64,000 nucleotides of DNA from Paraspadella gotoi (Eukaryota > Animalia > Chaetognatha): contig CM119268.1 in NCBI GenBank assembly GCA_051294375.1, positions 9,804,370 to 9,868,369 of the forward strand, written 5' to 3'. Below, piece by piece: positions 62,696 to 64,000 of this stretch (its first letter is position 1; each line of letters opens with the position of its first letter). The notes below the pieces were generated by a model. The model searched no databases, was not told the DNA's origin, and was given only the letters and a program-made list of their open reading frames with translations. Made by a program: the position numbers and the translations under genes.

Positions 62696-64000
62696 GCTCG
62701 TGGAGGCGGTGGAGGGCGTGGTCAAGGGCGAGGAGAAGGGAAAGAAGGCGGGGACGAGGACGCTGCGGGCGGAGACGTCCTACGCCGCCGTNNNNNNNNN
62801 NNNNNNNNNNNNNNNNNNNNNNNNNNNNNNNNNNNNNNNNNNNNNNNNNNNNNNNNNNNNNNNNNNNNNNNNNNNNNNNNNNNNNNNNNNNNNNNNNNNN
62901 NNNNNNNNNNNNNNNNNNNNNNNNNNNNNNNNNNNNNNNNNNNNNNNNNNNNNNNNNNNNNNNNNNNNNNNNNNNNNNNNNNNNNNNNNNNNNNNNNNNN
63001 NNNNNNNNNNNNNNNNNNNNNNNNNNNNNNNNNNNNNNNNNNNNNNNNNNNNNNNNNNNNNNNNNNNNNNNNNNNNNNNNNNNNNNNNNNNNNNNNNNNN
63101 NNNNNNNNNNNNNNNNNNNNNNNNNNNNNNNNNNNNNNNNNNNNNNNNNNNNNNNNNNNNNNNNNNNNNNNNNNNNNNNNNNNNNNNNNNNNNNNNNNNN
63201 NNNNNNNNNNNNNNNNNNNNNNNNNNNNNNNNNNNNNNNNNNNNNNNNNNNNNNNNNNNNNNNNNNNNNNNNNNNNNNNNNNNNNNNNNNNNNNNNNNNN
63301 NNNNNNNNNNNNNNNNNNNNNNNNNNNNNNNNNNNNNNNNNNNNNNNNNNNNNNNNNNNNNNNNNNNNNNNNNNNNNNNNNNNNNNNNNNNNNNNNNNNN
63401 NNNNNNNNNNNNNNNNNNNNNNNNNNNNNNNNNNNNNNNNNNNNNNNNNNNNNNNNNNNNNNNNNNNNNNNNNNNNNNNNNNNNNNNNNNNNNNNNNNNN
63501 NNNNNNNNNNNNNNNNNNNNNNNNNNNNNNNNNNNNNNNNNNNNNNNNNNNNNNNNNNNNNNNNNNNNATATATTTTTTATTGTTTTGCCTAATATTTTT
63601 ATGATTTCTTATTCGTCTTTTATATTGTTAACTTTTTTTTAAATTTATTTTTACTTGATACAAATGCCGTTGACTGAGGTCGTCATCAAATTTATTGATA
63701 CCCATATTTGTAATAATAAATCATTTTTACAGACGGTGAACCTTTCGGAAAACCCGGCGCCCCTGGAGACGTCATTCGGGAACTCTTATAGATTTGGATC
63801 TCAACACCATCAGTAAGAAAAGCGATGAAACCAAGAAAACCAATGACAATTTTTTCCTAGTTACCATTAGAGTTCCGATAACCTGTTAACAGTTAACGGT
63901 TATTAAACTGGTTAAAATAGATTTTAACTTAACCGTTAATATATTTATTTTAACGGTTAAATTCGTTAAATTTTCAAGTATTGATTTTTATTATTTTTGT
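62696..64000 (+). other. RYR: Cleaner duplicate of ~36489-37440 (RyR SPRY2 exon fragments plus the left end of the hAT-like element)
   Basis: LVEAVEGVVKGEEKGKKAGTRTLRAETSYAA and GEPFGKPGAPGDVI recur with the same intron flanks, directly after a 25-N gap. Confidence 0.85.

Noticed and set aside
62610-63593. 327-aa ORF
   Set aside because: Mostly N gap; only the short RyR fragment is real

Overview
Eukaryotic (animal-like) genomic DNA with GC-rich exons and AT-rich, microsatellite-rich introns. It is dominated by one intron-rich ryanodine receptor (RyR) gene on the + strand. Recognisable RyR exons run from the N-terminal MIR/RIH region (3632) through SPRY1, RyR repeats 1-2, SPRY2/3 and into the helical domain (~58850); neither end of the gene is in the window. 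A 15.8 kb RyR intron (9232-24996) holds a nested gene cluster: a candidate 40-aa secreted Cys-rich peptide (-), a six-exon PhyH-family dioxygenase (+), two five-exon alkaline ceramidase paralogs (-) and an unidentified gene (-). A second intron (47459-53199) holds further unidentified genes. The introns also carry MITEs, a hAT-like element with a TSD, DINE/HINE-like repeats, a highly structured ~250-nt repeat and three minimal hammerhead ribozyme motifs. About 25.3-35 kb and 36.2-62.7 kb look like unpolished long-read gap fill, so frameshifts and large duplications there are probably assembly artefacts. All protein comparisons were made by eye from recalled family motifs; no searches were run.
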